Below, in pieces: positions 17,705 to 26,806 of a stretch of DNA of 64,000 bases. The translations under genes and the position numbers were made by a program. Under the pieces are notes generated by a model, which saw nothing but the letters and a program-made list of their open reading frames with translations, was not told the origin of the DNA and did no database searches. Origin of the DNA: Thermodesulfobacteriota bacterium. GTDB taxonomy: Bacteria; Desulfobacterota; Desulfarculia; JACQYL01. The DNA lies in the NCBI GenBank assembly GCA_963675595.2, contig CAXXLZ010000001.1, positions 1,344,001 through 1,408,000 of the forward strand. Direction: 5' to 3'. Each line of letters opens with the position of its first letter. Position 1 is the stretch's first letter.

Positions 17705-18139
17705 TCACGGATTGCCCCACACAAGATCCTTATGTATCCAACCGACGCCGAACTCCGGTCGGCTGATCTTGAGCCATTCCCCTTCCCTGTCCAGATAGTT
17801 CAACACTAGTCCTTTGGCGGCTCTTGAAATGACGTTGGAATCGGTACCGGGCTTATCGCGGATGTTGACCACCTCCCCGGTCACGATCACCACAGGGCTC
17901 TTTCGAACGTGGGATTCATGGACCCATCCGCCGTCGCCGTCGATGTCCTTGACCTGAATCCACTTTCCCTTTTCGCCGGTTTTTTCGTAAACATACCCCT
18001 TATTCACCTGCCAGGCGGCGGGAAACTCACGCCCCGGGCCGTGCCGGACGTCGGTCTTGTCGAACCGGACGATGTAAGTCTCCGCCCACGCACTGCTCCA
18101 GAAGGAGAAGATCAAACAGAATATGATTGCAGTTCGCAA
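17705..18139 (-). CDS. Secreted tandem bacterial SH3-domain protein; start approximate
   Basis: Signal peptide; two VRxGPG/IRDKPG...W...GWVH/GWIH repeats. Confidence 0.88.
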   Translation of the reverse strand: MRTAIIFCLIFSFWSSAWAETYIVRFDKTDVRHGPGREFPAAWQVNKGYVYEKTGEKGKWIQVKDIDGDGGWVHESHVRKSPVVIVTGEVVNIRDKPGTDSNVISRAAKGLVLNYLDREGEWLKISRPEFGVGWIHKDLVWGNP

Positions 18140-18475
18140 AATGGCATTCACCTCCGTTTTGTGGTCCCGGCAACATGTCTTGGAGACGGACCGTTTGTTT
18201 ACGCTGCGGTTCACGGATACCGACGGCGCACCCATTCTTTACTTATCGGGCCGTCCTCTCCCTGTCAATCCGGAGATTCTTCGTCTTCAGGTTCTTCCCC
18301 GGATGATTGAAGCTGAGAAAGCGTTCAGCCGGCGCGGCAGCGGAAGGCCGGCGCCGAATCCATCGAATTGAAAGCCGGCCGGCACGATGCATTGGGAGCC
18401 CCGATACAAATAGCGCATTACCGTCGGATTTCTCAAAGACATGCCGGCTGCCGGCGATTCGTTTCAAAATTTAAC

Positions 18476-18528
18476 TTGACTTCGTGACATAAGATTCATA
18501 ATGTGACGCATCATTCACTTTTGTGAAT
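18476..18528 (+). promoter_or_regulatory. Sigma70-type promoter with a downstream palindrome (candidate TetR operator)
   Basis: TTGACT-N17-TAATGT, then ATTCAC-TTTT-GTGAAT (18513-18528), upstream of the tetR-RND operon. Confidence 0.55.
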
Positions 18529-18558
18529 CAGCGATTATCGGATGGGAGAGGTCACGCA

Positions 18559-19182
18559 ATGTCGCCCCCAAAGCTCTCCAGGCGGGAACGGGAAAAACTG
18601 CGGCAACGTGGAGAGATTCTGGAGGCCGCCTTTGAGCTTTTCGCCGAAAAAGGCTATCATAACGTCTGCATGCACGAAATCGCCGAGAAGTCCGAGTTCG
18701 CCATCGGAACACTCTACAAGTTCTTCCAGAATAAGGAGGACCTCTACAAGGCTCTTATTCTGGAGAAACGAGACATTTTTGATGGAGCACTCCGGCAGGC
18801 GCTGAAGGCGTCGCATGACGAGATTAAACAACTCCGAAATTACGTTCGGAAGAAGACCGAGCTGTTTCGGGAGCATATCGCATTCATTCGCCTCTACCTC
18901 GCGGAAAGCAGGGGCGCGAGTTTCAACCTCAAATCGGACTTGCACGACGAGATACGCAGAGGATATCGCGATCTATTGGCTTCGTTGGCCGGCGTCTTCG
19001 CGAGCGGAATCAGTCAGGGACGTTTCAACCCCATCGCCACTCCCCATCGACTAGCGCTGGCCTTGGACAGCACGATCAACGCCTTTTTCCTTTTCTGGAT
19101 CGAGGACCCGGAGAATTATCCGTGTCCGGACGAACCGGATGCCGTTTTGGACATCTTTTTCACGGGACTGCTCGCCCCCTAA
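18559..19182 (+). CDS. TetR/AcrR family transcriptional regulator
   Basis: ILEAAFELFAEKGY...EIAEKSEFAIGTLYKFF HTH. Confidence 0.93.
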   Translation: MSPPKLSRREREKLRQRGEILEAAFELFAEKGYHNVCMHEIAEKSEFAIGTLYKFFQNKEDLYKALILEKRDIFDGALRQALKASHDEIKQLRNYVRKKTELFREHIAFIRLYLAESRGASFNLKSDLHDEIRRGYRDLLASLAGVFASGISQGRFNPIATPHRLALALDSTINAFFLFWIEDPENYPCPDEPDAVLDIFFTGLLAP

Positions 19183-19242
19183 TCTCATCGTCATCGGCTC
19201 GCAAAACCACTCTTACCGTCGTCGACATTTTGGAGGACTTCG

Positions 19243-20457
19243 ATGCATCTGAGCAAAAGCGTTTCCCTATCACGCGGATTGGCCTTAATTCTGGCGGTGG
19301 CGGCGGGCTTCCTCGCGTTGTCGGCTTGCGAGAACGGGCACGGCAAGCAGGTTGCCGCCCCCCCGCTCCCGGAAGTGGCCATCGTCACCGTCAAGCCCCA
19401 ACGTATCGAATTGAGCACCGATCTGCCGGGACGAACTTCCGCCTATCTCATCTCGGAGATCCGGCCACAGGTCAACGGGATCATTAAAGAACGCTTGTTC
19501 CGGGAGGGCTCGGATGTCGCAGCGGGTGATCTGCTCTATCAAATCGATCCCGCGCCCTTTAAGGTGGCCTACGATTCCGCGAAGGCATCTCTCGGCAAAG
19601 CCTTGGCCAACCTGCCGTCGATCCGCTCGAGGGCGGATCGATATGAAGAATTACTGGTGGACCAAGCCGTCAGCAGGCAGGACTACGACGATGCGGTAGC
19701 CGCCGTCGAACAGGCGCGTGCCGAGATTGAATATTGGAGAGCCGCCGTGGAAGCGGCCCGCATCAACTTGGAGTATACCCGAGTCACTGCTCCGATTTCC
19801 GGACGCATCGGCATGTCCAACGTCACGAACGGCGCACTGGTCACCGCGTATCAGCCCACGCCCCTTGCCACCGTTCAACAGCTTGACCCCATTTACGTGG
19901 ACGTAACCCAATCCTCCACCGAATTGTTGCGACTGAAACGAAACCTCGAATCCGGCCGGCTCACCGCAAACGGCAAAAACGGGAAGAAAGTACGGATACT
20001 TCTGGAAGACGGAACCCCCTATCCTCTGGAGGGTGCATTGCAGTTCCGTGACGTCACGGTGGACCCGACAACAGGGTCTTTTGCGCTGCGCATCGTGGTC
20101 CCCAATCCGGAGGACCTGCTCCTGCCGGGCATGTTCGTACGAGCTGTCATAGAAGAGGGCGTCGCTGAACAGGCCATCCTCATTCCTCAGGAGGGGGTGG
20201 GCCGCAACCCGAAGGGCGAGCCTCTCGCACTTGTGGTGGATGACAAAGACACCGTGCAACAACGCATGCTGAGCCTCAACCGAGCCATCGGCAGCCGGTG
20301 GCTGGTCACTTCCGGGCTCTCGGAGGGAGACCGGGTCATCGTGGAAGGGGCGATCAACGTCAGGCCGGGTGCCGTGGTCAAGGCGGTTGCCCTGAATGAT
20401 TCCACCAACGGCGCCGAGGCCTCGAATACGGACCGTCAGCCGGTCAAGTCGAACTGA
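19243..20457 (+). CDS. RND efflux periplasmic adaptor (AcrA/MexA-like lipoprotein)
   Basis: Lipobox LSAC; EIRPQVNGII, APISGRIG, LLPGMFVR. Confidence 0.95.
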   Translation: MHLSKSVSLSRGLALILAVAAGFLALSACENGHGKQVAAPPLPEVAIVTVKPQRIELSTDLPGRTSAYLISEIRPQVNGIIKERLFREGSDVAAGDLLYQIDPAPFKVAYDSAKASLGKALANLPSIRSRADRYEELLVDQAVSRQDYDDAVAAVEQARAEIEYWRAAVEAARINLEYTRVTAPISGRIGMSNVTNGALVTAYQPTPLATVQQLDPIYVDVTQSSTELLRLKRNLESGRLTANGKNGKKVRILLEDGTPYPLEGALQFRDVTVDPTTGSFALRIVVPNPEDLLLPGMFVRAVIEEGVAEQAILIPQEGVGRNPKGEPLALVVDDKDTVQQRMLSLNRAIGSRWLVTSGLSEGDRVIVEGAINVRPGAVVKAVALNDSTNGAEASNTDRQPVKSN

Positions 20458-20469
20458 CGGAGGACACGA

Positions 20470-23400
20470 ATGTTATCCAACTTTTTTCTCGAACGCCCGG
20501 TGTTCGCCTGGGTCATCGCCATCGTCATGATGCTGGCCGGCGGGTTGGCCATTTACAACTTACCCATCTCGCAGTATCCGCCCATCGCGCCTCCCTCCAT
20601 CGCCATTGACGCGTTCTACCCCGGTGCTTCCGCGGAGACCGTCGAGAACAGCGTAGTACAGATCATTGAACAGAAAATGACCGGCTTCGACAAACTGCTG
20701 TACATGTCCGCCTCCAGTGATGCGTCCGGCGCGGGAAGAGTGGAACTCACCTTCGCTCCGGGCACGGATCCGGATCTCGCTTGGGCTCAGGTTCAGAACA
20801 AGCTGCAACTCGCCATGGCGAGTTTGCCCGACGTGGTGCAACGTCAGGGAGTCAAGGTCAGCAAGTCCACCAGAAACTGGCTGATCATCGTGGGATTGAC
20901 GTCGGTGGACGGGAGTATGGACGACTACGATCTCGCGGACTACGCGCAAGCCAATGTGGAACAAGTGCTGGCACGGGTTCCCGGAGTCGGTGAGGTGAAT
21001 GTTTTCGGCTCACAGTATGCCATGCGGGTATGGCTGAATCCGGACAAACTGAACGGGTACGGATTGACCGTCGAAGACGTCATCCAAAGCATTTCCGCCT
21101 ATAATGTGGAGATATCGGCCGGACAGTTCGGCGGAGCGCCCGCTGTCAAGGGACAGAGGCTGAATGCCTCCATCATCGTCCAGAACCTGCTCAAGACCCC
21201 GGAAGAATTCGGCGCCATACCGCTCCGTATCAACACGGACGGTTCCATTCTGCGTGTACGCGACGTCGGCCGCACCGAGTTGGGTGCCGAGCGTTATGAA
21301 TCCCATGCGAGATACAATGGTCGCCCCGCTTCGGCGTTGGCCGTCCGCTTGGCGCCCGGCTCCAACGCCCTGGATACCGCCGACGCCGTAAAGGCGAAAA
21401 TGGGAGAGTTGTCCAGGTATTTTCCTCCGGGTATGGAGGTGGTCTACCCTTACGACACGACCCCTTTTGTGAAAGTGGCCATTGAAGAGGTGGTCAAGAC
21501 ACTGATAGAGGCCATCGTACTGGTGTTCCTCGTCATGTACCTTTTCTTGGGAAACATGCGTGCGACTTTGATTCCGACCCTGGCGGTTCCCGTGGTGATT
21601 TTGGGGACTTTCGCCGTATTGGGATTGTTCGGATTCTCCATCAACATGTTGACCATGTTCGCTATGGTGTTGGCCATAGGCCTTCTGGTGGACGACGCCA
21701 TCGTCGTGGTGGAGAACGTGGAAAGGGTCATGGCCGAAGAGGGGCTGCCGCCCAAAGAAGCCACTCGCAAATCCATGAAGGAAATTACGAGCGCATTAGT
21801 GGGAATCGGGTTGGTGCTTTCCGCCGTCTTCGGTCCCATGGCCTTTTTCGGAGGTTCCACCGGGGTCATTTATCGACAGTTCTCGGTGACCGTGATCGCC
21901 GCCATGCTGCTCTCGGTCGTTGTGGCCCTGATTCTGACCCCGGTTCTCTGCGCATCCTTGCTCAAACCGTCGATGGAAGGGCATCAAAGCCCCAAGGCGG
22001 GCTTTTCTTTTCTCGGAAGTTTCTTCCGCTGGTTTGATCGAACATTCTTCTGGGTGCGCGACAGGTATCAAAACATGGTCGGTCGGGTTCTCAAGGGCAC
22101 GATCAGATACATGGTCGCCTATGTTCTTATCGTTGCGGCTTTGGCTTACCTATTCCAGAAGATGCCCACCGCCTATCTTCCCGACGAAGACCAGGGGATC
22201 GTATTCGTCCAGGCGACCCTGGCTTCAGGGTCGACTCTGGAACAAACCGACAAGGTCATGACCCAGGTGCGGAACCATTTTCTGCAGGATGAAAAGGAAG
22301 CCGTGGCTTCCTGCTTCACTCTAGCGGGCCGAGGTTTTTCGGGTACCGGTCAGAACGTGGGGATCGCCTTCGTCCACCTGAGCGATTGGGACTTGCGTAA
22401 CCGGCCGGACCTGAAAATCAATGCGGTGTTGGCGCGCGCCATGGGGAAATTCTCGAAAATTCGCACCGCACGAGTATTTGCCTTCCCTCCGCCCGCCGTT
22501 CTCGAACTGGGACAAGCAGGGGGATTCGACTTTGAGCTGCAGGACCGCGGCGGCATAGGGCATGAAGCGCTCATGTCGGCCCGCAACCAATTGCTCGGCA
22601 TGGCCGCGCAGGATGCAAGACTCACGCGTGTCCGTCCCAACGGCCTGAGCGACGTGGCTCAATATCGAATCGACGTGGATTGGGAAAAGGCCGGCTCCCT
22701 CGGAGTTCCCATCGATTCCATCCACACTACCATCGCTGCGTCCTTCGGGAGCGCTTACGTGAACGACTTCATCCAGGGCGGGCGCGTGAAAAGAGTGTAC
22801 GTTCAGGCTGACGCACCCTACCGTATGCTCCCGGGCGACCTGGAACGGCTCTATGTCCGCAATCATGCAGGGACCATGACGCCTTTCGATTCCTTCGCCT
22901 CGGGTCGTTGGTTCTACGGTTCCCCAAGGCTGGAACGCTTCAACAGCTTTCCGGCCATCAACATTTGGGGGGAACCCGCACCGGGGAGAAGCTCGGGTGA
23001 AGCCATGCAGGCCATGGAAGATATCACCGCCAAGCTGCCCAAAGGGATCGGCTATGACTGGACCAGCCTTTCCTACCAGGAAAGAATGGCCAAGTCCCAG
23101 GCACCTCTGCTTTACGCCTTTTCCGTGATCGTGATCTTCCTTTGCCTGGCCGCTCTTTACGAAAGCTGGACCGTTCCCATTTCCATCTTGCTGGCGTTGC
23201 CCTTGGGGGTCATCGGCGGTGTAGTCGCCTCCTCTCTCCGCGGTTTGCCCAACGACGTGTACTTCCAAATCGGTCTTCTTACGGTTTTGGGCCTCACGAC
23301 CAAGAACGCCATCCTCATCGTTCAATTCTCCATGGCCAAAACGAAGGAAGGAATGGGGTTGATCGAAGCCACGCTGGAAGGGGCAAAATTGAGATTGCGT

Positions 23401-23655
23401 CCCATCGTCATGACCTCCATGGCCTTCGGTTTCGGTGTATTGCCGTTGGCGACCGCAGGAGGTGCCGGCGCCGGGGCGCAGGTCGCCATAGGCACCGGGG
23501 TTTTGGGCGGCATGATCACCGCCACCTTTCTGGCAATCTTTTTCATCCCGTTGTTCTATGTCGGAGTCGTTCGGCTGTTCCGAGGGAAGTCGAACGCATC
23601 GCCGAAAGACCACGCCTCGGACCCTGTGAGCCCTTCGGGAAGGAGGCGGAAATGA
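20470..23655 (+). CDS. RND efflux permease (AcrB/MexB family)
   Basis: FFLERPVFAWVIAI, GLLVDDAIVVVEN, KNAILIV, RLRPIVMTS. Confidence 0.97.
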   Translation: MLSNFFLERPVFAWVIAIVMMLAGGLAIYNLPISQYPPIAPPSIAIDAFYPGASAETVENSVVQIIEQKMTGFDKLLYMSASSDASGAGRVELTFAPGTDPDLAWAQVQNKLQLAMASLPDVVQRQGVKVSKSTRNWLIIVGLTSVDGSMDDYDLADYAQANVEQVLARVPGVGEVNVFGSQYAMRVWLNPDKLNGYGLTVEDVIQSISAYNVEISAGQFGGAPAVKGQRLNASIIVQNLLKTPEEFGAIPLRINTDGSILRVRDVGRTELGAERYESHARYNGRPASALAVRLAPGSNALDTADAVKAKMGELSRYFPPGMEVVYPYDTTPFVKVAIEEVVKTLIEAIVLVFLVMYLFLGNMRATLIPTLAVPVVILGTFAVLGLFGFSINMLTMFAMVLAIGLLVDDAIVVVENVERVMAEEGLPPKEATRKSMKEITSALVGIGLVLSAVFGPMAFFGGSTGVIYRQFSVTVIAAMLLSVVVALILTPVLCASLLKPSMEGHQSPKAGFSFLGSFFRWFDRTFFWVRDRYQNMVGRVLKGTIRYMVAYVLIVAALAYLFQKMPTAYLPDEDQGIVFVQATLASGSTLEQTDKVMTQVRNHFLQDEKEAVASCFTLAGRGFSGTGQNVGIAFVHLSDWDLRNRPDLKINAVLARAMGKFSKIRTARVFAFPPPAVLELGQAGGFDFELQDRGGIGHEALMSARNQLLGMAAQDARLTRVRPNGLSDVAQYRIDVDWEKAGSLGVPIDSIHTTIAASFGSAYVNDFIQGGRVKRVYVQADAPYRMLPGDLERLYVRNHAGTMTPFDSFASGRWFYGSPRLERFNSFPAINIWGEPAPGRSSGEAMQAMEDITAKLPKGIGYDWTSLSYQERMAKSQAPLLYAFSVIVIFLCLAALYESWTVPISILLALPLGVIGGVVASSLRGLPNDVYFQIGLLTVLGLTTKNAILIVQFSMAKTKEGMGLIEATLEGAKLRLRPIVMTSMAFGFGVLPLATAGGAGAGAQVAIGTGVLGGMITATFLAIFFIPLFYVGVVRLFRGKSNASPKDHASDPVSPSGRRRK

Positions 23656-25112
23656 AGCCAATGCTGTTGGCCCTCTCGGCAATCATAGGCCTTCTGTTTT
23701 CCGGATGTACGTTCATGCCTAGCTATACGCGTCCCGAAGCGCCGATCCCGGACTCGTGGCCGGACGGACCCGCTTACTATGAGACGGCCGCGCTGCAGCA
23801 AGCCCCGGCGGCCGTCGACCTGGATCGACGGGAATTTCTCACCGACGAGCGATTACGAGAGGTCGTTGCGATCGCGTTGGAAAACAATCGCGACCTTCGG
23901 GTGACCGTTCTGAACCTCGAGAGAGCAAGAGCATTGTATGGGATTCAACGGGTCGAGATCCTCCCCACAATCGGTGCCGTCGCCGTCGGTTCAAAGCAAC
24001 GAGTGCCTAAAACCATTTCCGACACAGGTCGAGCGAAGACCGTCGAAGAGTACAGCGTGGACCTCGGAATCGCTTCCTGGGAAATCGACTTCTTCGGCCG
24101 TATTCGAAGCCTGAAACAAAAGGCGCTCGAAGAATACTTGGCTACGGAGCAAGCGGTGCGCAGCGCGCGGATTCTGCTGGTATCCGCGGTGGCCGATGCC
24201 TATCTGACACTGGCGGCGGATCGGGAGAACCTGCAACTCGCTCGATTCACGCTCGAGGCCCAGCGAACGTCATATGACCTGATTCACCGGCGCTTTGAAG
24301 TGGGACTGACGCCCGAACTCGACGTCCGCCAGGTTCAAACGAGAGTGGACACGGCTCGAGTGGACGTCGCTCGATATACCGAAAGGGTCGCCCGTGATGA
24401 AAACGCGCTGAATCTGCTTGTCGGCTCACCCGTGCCGGCCGACCTTCTGCCCGAAACCTTAAGCTCCGTGAAGCCGTTGCGGGATGTATCGCCCGGCATG
24501 ACTTCCACGGTGCTGTTGCGTCGCCCGGACATCATCCGGGCCGAGAATCTGCTGAAAGCCGCCAACGCCAACATCGGCGCCGCACGCGCGGCCCTCTTCC
24601 CCAGGATTTCCCTCACCACCGCTGTTGGTACGGCAAGCAGCGAATTGTCCGATCTCTTCCAATCGGGGACCCTGCAATGGAACTTCACGCCCAGCATCAG
24701 CATTCCGATCTTTTACCCGGGAACGTGGTGGGCGCTGAAACTAAGCAAGGTGGACCGGGAAATCGCATTGGCTCAGTACGAACAAGCAATTCAATCGGCC
24801 TTCCGGGAGGTCGCCGATGCCCTGGCCGGAAGGGGGACGATAGCGGATCAGATCGAAGCGCAACGGTCCCTCGTGGAAGCCACTGCTGAAGCGTACCGCC
24901 TTTCCGACGCCCGGTACCGGAAAGGCACCGATATCTACCTGAACGTCCTTGACGCGCAGCGTTCTCTCTACACGGCGCAACAAGGGCTTATCAGCACCCG
25001 CTTGGCCGAACTCGCCAACCAGGTTCGCCTTTACACAGTGCTGGGCGGAGGAGGCGATTTGTTCGATACCGCAGGGTCCGACGAGAATCGCGACGAACTT
25101 CCGACCCAATGA
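23652..25112 (+). CDS. Efflux outer-membrane lipoprotein (OprM/NodT family)
   Basis: AGGAGG RBS; lipobox FSGC; RRPDIIRAE...ANANIGAARAALFP. Confidence 0.95.
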   Translation: MKPMLLALSAIIGLLFSGCTFMPSYTRPEAPIPDSWPDGPAYYETAALQQAPAAVDLDRREFLTDERLREVVAIALENNRDLRVTVLNLERARALYGIQRVEILPTIGAVAVGSKQRVPKTISDTGRAKTVEEYSVDLGIASWEIDFFGRIRSLKQKALEEYLATEQAVRSARILLVSAVADAYLTLAADRENLQLARFTLEAQRTSYDLIHRRFEVGLTPELDVRQVQTRVDTARVDVARYTERVARDENALNLLVGSPVPADLLPETLSSVKPLRDVSPGMTSTVLLRRPDIIRAENLLKAANANIGAARAALFPRISLTTAVGTASSELSDLFQSGTLQWNFTPSISIPIFYPGTWWALKLSKVDREIALAQYEQAIQSAFREVADALAGRGTIADQIEAQRSLVEATAEAYRLSDARYRKGTDIYLNVLDAQRSLYTAQQGLISTRLAELANQVRLYTVLGGGGDLFDTAGSDENRDELPTQ

Positions 25113-25152
25113 GAGATTTTGAGGTTGCTCTAAAGAAGAGGCTGGGAGTAAG

Positions 25153-26340
25153 GTGAGTGATCCAACTTGGGAGGTGATCACCATCCGTACCCTATCGGGC
25201 ATTCTCATGCTGGCTCTTTTGCTGTCGGGGTGTTCCGTCACCGGACCCGAAGCCCCCGTTACGCCTCGTCCCGGCGAAATCTTCGAGACTTCCACCGGTA
25301 ATCCGGTTTCCTTTGAAGAGCTGCGGGAAGCCCTTATGGGGGTTTCCGTGATTTTCGTGGGAGAGACGCATGATCAGGCGTCGCACCACGAAGTCCAACT
25401 CCGCATACTCAGAAGCATCCTCGAGTACCAAGGTAATCTGGTCATCGGCATGGAGATGTTCGGATACGAACAGCAGGAGGTTCTGGACGCCTGGATTCGG
25501 GGTGAGATGTCCGAGGATGCATTTCTGAGGAGGGTCGGCTGGGAGGAGAACTGGGGTCACCCGTACATTTTGTACCGAGATATCCTGGAGGAGGCTAGAA
25601 ACTGGTCGCTTCCCGTTCTGGGACTCAATGCGCCTGGAGAGGTGGTCGGCAAGACCGCAAGATTCGGATTGTCGGGCCTTACACCGTCGGAACGGTCTCG
25701 CATTGCCAAGGATATCTTTCTGGACCTTCCCGAGTACCGAAAAATCATTCGTCGGCAATTCGAAACGCACGAGCAAACCGAGTTGTCGAATTTCGAGTTT
25801 TTTTTCCAGGCACAACGAGTGTGGGATGAAACCATGGCGGAAACACTCGCAGCTCATGTGCCGGAGTTCGAATCGAACACGAAGATTCTCGTCTTCACCG
25901 GATCGGGTCATCTCTACAAACGGCAAGGAGTGGTTGAGGCTTTTGAACGACGCACCGGCCTGCCTTTGCTCACCGTGATCCCCGTTTCCCCGGAGCGTGC
26001 ACGGGAAGCCCTCGCCCTCAAACTCGGCGATTACATCTGGGTGGCGGCGCCCAGTAAATTCACACCTCCCCGTCTGGGCGTGACCGTGGACAACGCAGCC
26101 CTCTCGGAAGGACGGCTCGAAGTGTCTTCCGTGCTGGAGGGAACCATCGCCGCGAAAATGGGTCTACAGCCGGGGGATGTGCTGGAGAGTCTTAACGACG
26201 TGGAGTTACATTCCGTACACTCCGTGCACAAAGCAATTATGGATGCGGGCCGCGGCCGATCCGTGCATCAATTGCGTATCCGCCGGAATGGTGTTTCCAT
26301 GGGACTGACCTTTTCCATGGATCCAAATCCCAACCTTTGA
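25153..26340 (+). CDS. ChaN-family lipoprotein with C-terminal PDZ domain
   Basis: LSGC lipobox; VGETHD, GMEMF, AQRVWDETMA, GSGH; PDZ AAKMGLQPGDVL. Confidence 0.85.
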   Translation: MSDPTWEVITIRTLSGILMLALLLSGCSVTGPEAPVTPRPGEIFETSTGNPVSFEELREALMGVSVIFVGETHDQASHHEVQLRILRSILEYQGNLVIGMEMFGYEQQEVLDAWIRGEMSEDAFLRRVGWEENWGHPYILYRDILEEARNWSLPVLGLNAPGEVVGKTARFGLSGLTPSERSRIAKDIFLDLPEYRKIIRRQFETHEQTELSNFEFFFQAQRVWDETMAETLAAHVPEFESNTKILVFTGSGHLYKRQGVVEAFERRTGLPLLTVIPVSPERAREALALKLGDYIWVAAPSKFTPPRLGVTVDNAALSEGRLEVSSVLEGTIAAKMGLQPGDVLESLNDVELHSVHSVHKAIMDAGRGRSVHQLRIRRNGVSMGLTFSMDPNPNL

Positions 26341-26376
26341 ATTGCAGGCCCGAATCTCGTCCGGCGGGGTTACTTC

Positions 26377-26475
26377 TTAATCGTCATTCTTTTTTCGCTT
26401 CTGAATAACGGCGAACACTTCGGTAAGAATGATGATTCCCACGGCCAAAGCCATTACCAGATAGAAATCAAGCAC
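26377..26475 (-). CDS. Small single-TM membrane protein (32 aa), absent from the ORF track
   Basis: GTG start after a G-rich RBS; MLDFYLVMALAVGIIILTEVFAVIQKRKKNDD*. Confidence 0.55.
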   Translation of the reverse strand: MLDFYLVMALAVGIIILTEVFAVIQKRKKNDD

Positions 26476-26586
26476 TCGTTCACCCCCCCCTCTTTCACCG
26501 GCCGTACCCTTCGTTCCGCCCGCCTTTGGGATACACCGTATCTTCCTGCCTTATTACGTGACCGACTCTCCAAAGGCAAGGTCTTG

Positions 26587-26735
26587 CAGACGGTTGAAAA
26601 ACGCGACGCGCGGCGTTGCGCTCCGTCCCTCGTCACTGCGACGTACTCTATTTGCTTATCGCTGTTTAAGATGTTCGCGCCCATCATCTCATCGTCTTTC
26701 GGCGGCCTACAGCAACCGGCCTCCTTCCACGGGCC
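26587..26735. repeat. MITE-like interspersed repeat, copy 2
   Basis: CAGACGGTTGAAAAACGCGA...CATCGTCTTTCGGCGGCCT-ACAGCAACCGG aligns by eye with 6077-6190. Confidence 0.5.
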
Positions 26736-26806
26736 GGCGACGACGGGCGAAGCAGACCGGTTGACAAGAAGATTTTCATGAGCTATTTCGCCTCCGGAAA
26801 TCGCCA

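Noticed and set aside
23142-23651. Apparent 170-aa N-terminal extension of the OprM-like protein overlapping acrB
   Set aside because: A strong RBS and lipoprotein signal place the start at 23652.
22321-23682. 453-aa ORF antisense to the RND permease, and similar shadow ORFs opposite smc, glyS, kaiC and the flagellin
   Set aside because: Typical antisense shadows in GC-rich coding DNA. Unlike 296-1249, they supply no missing motif.
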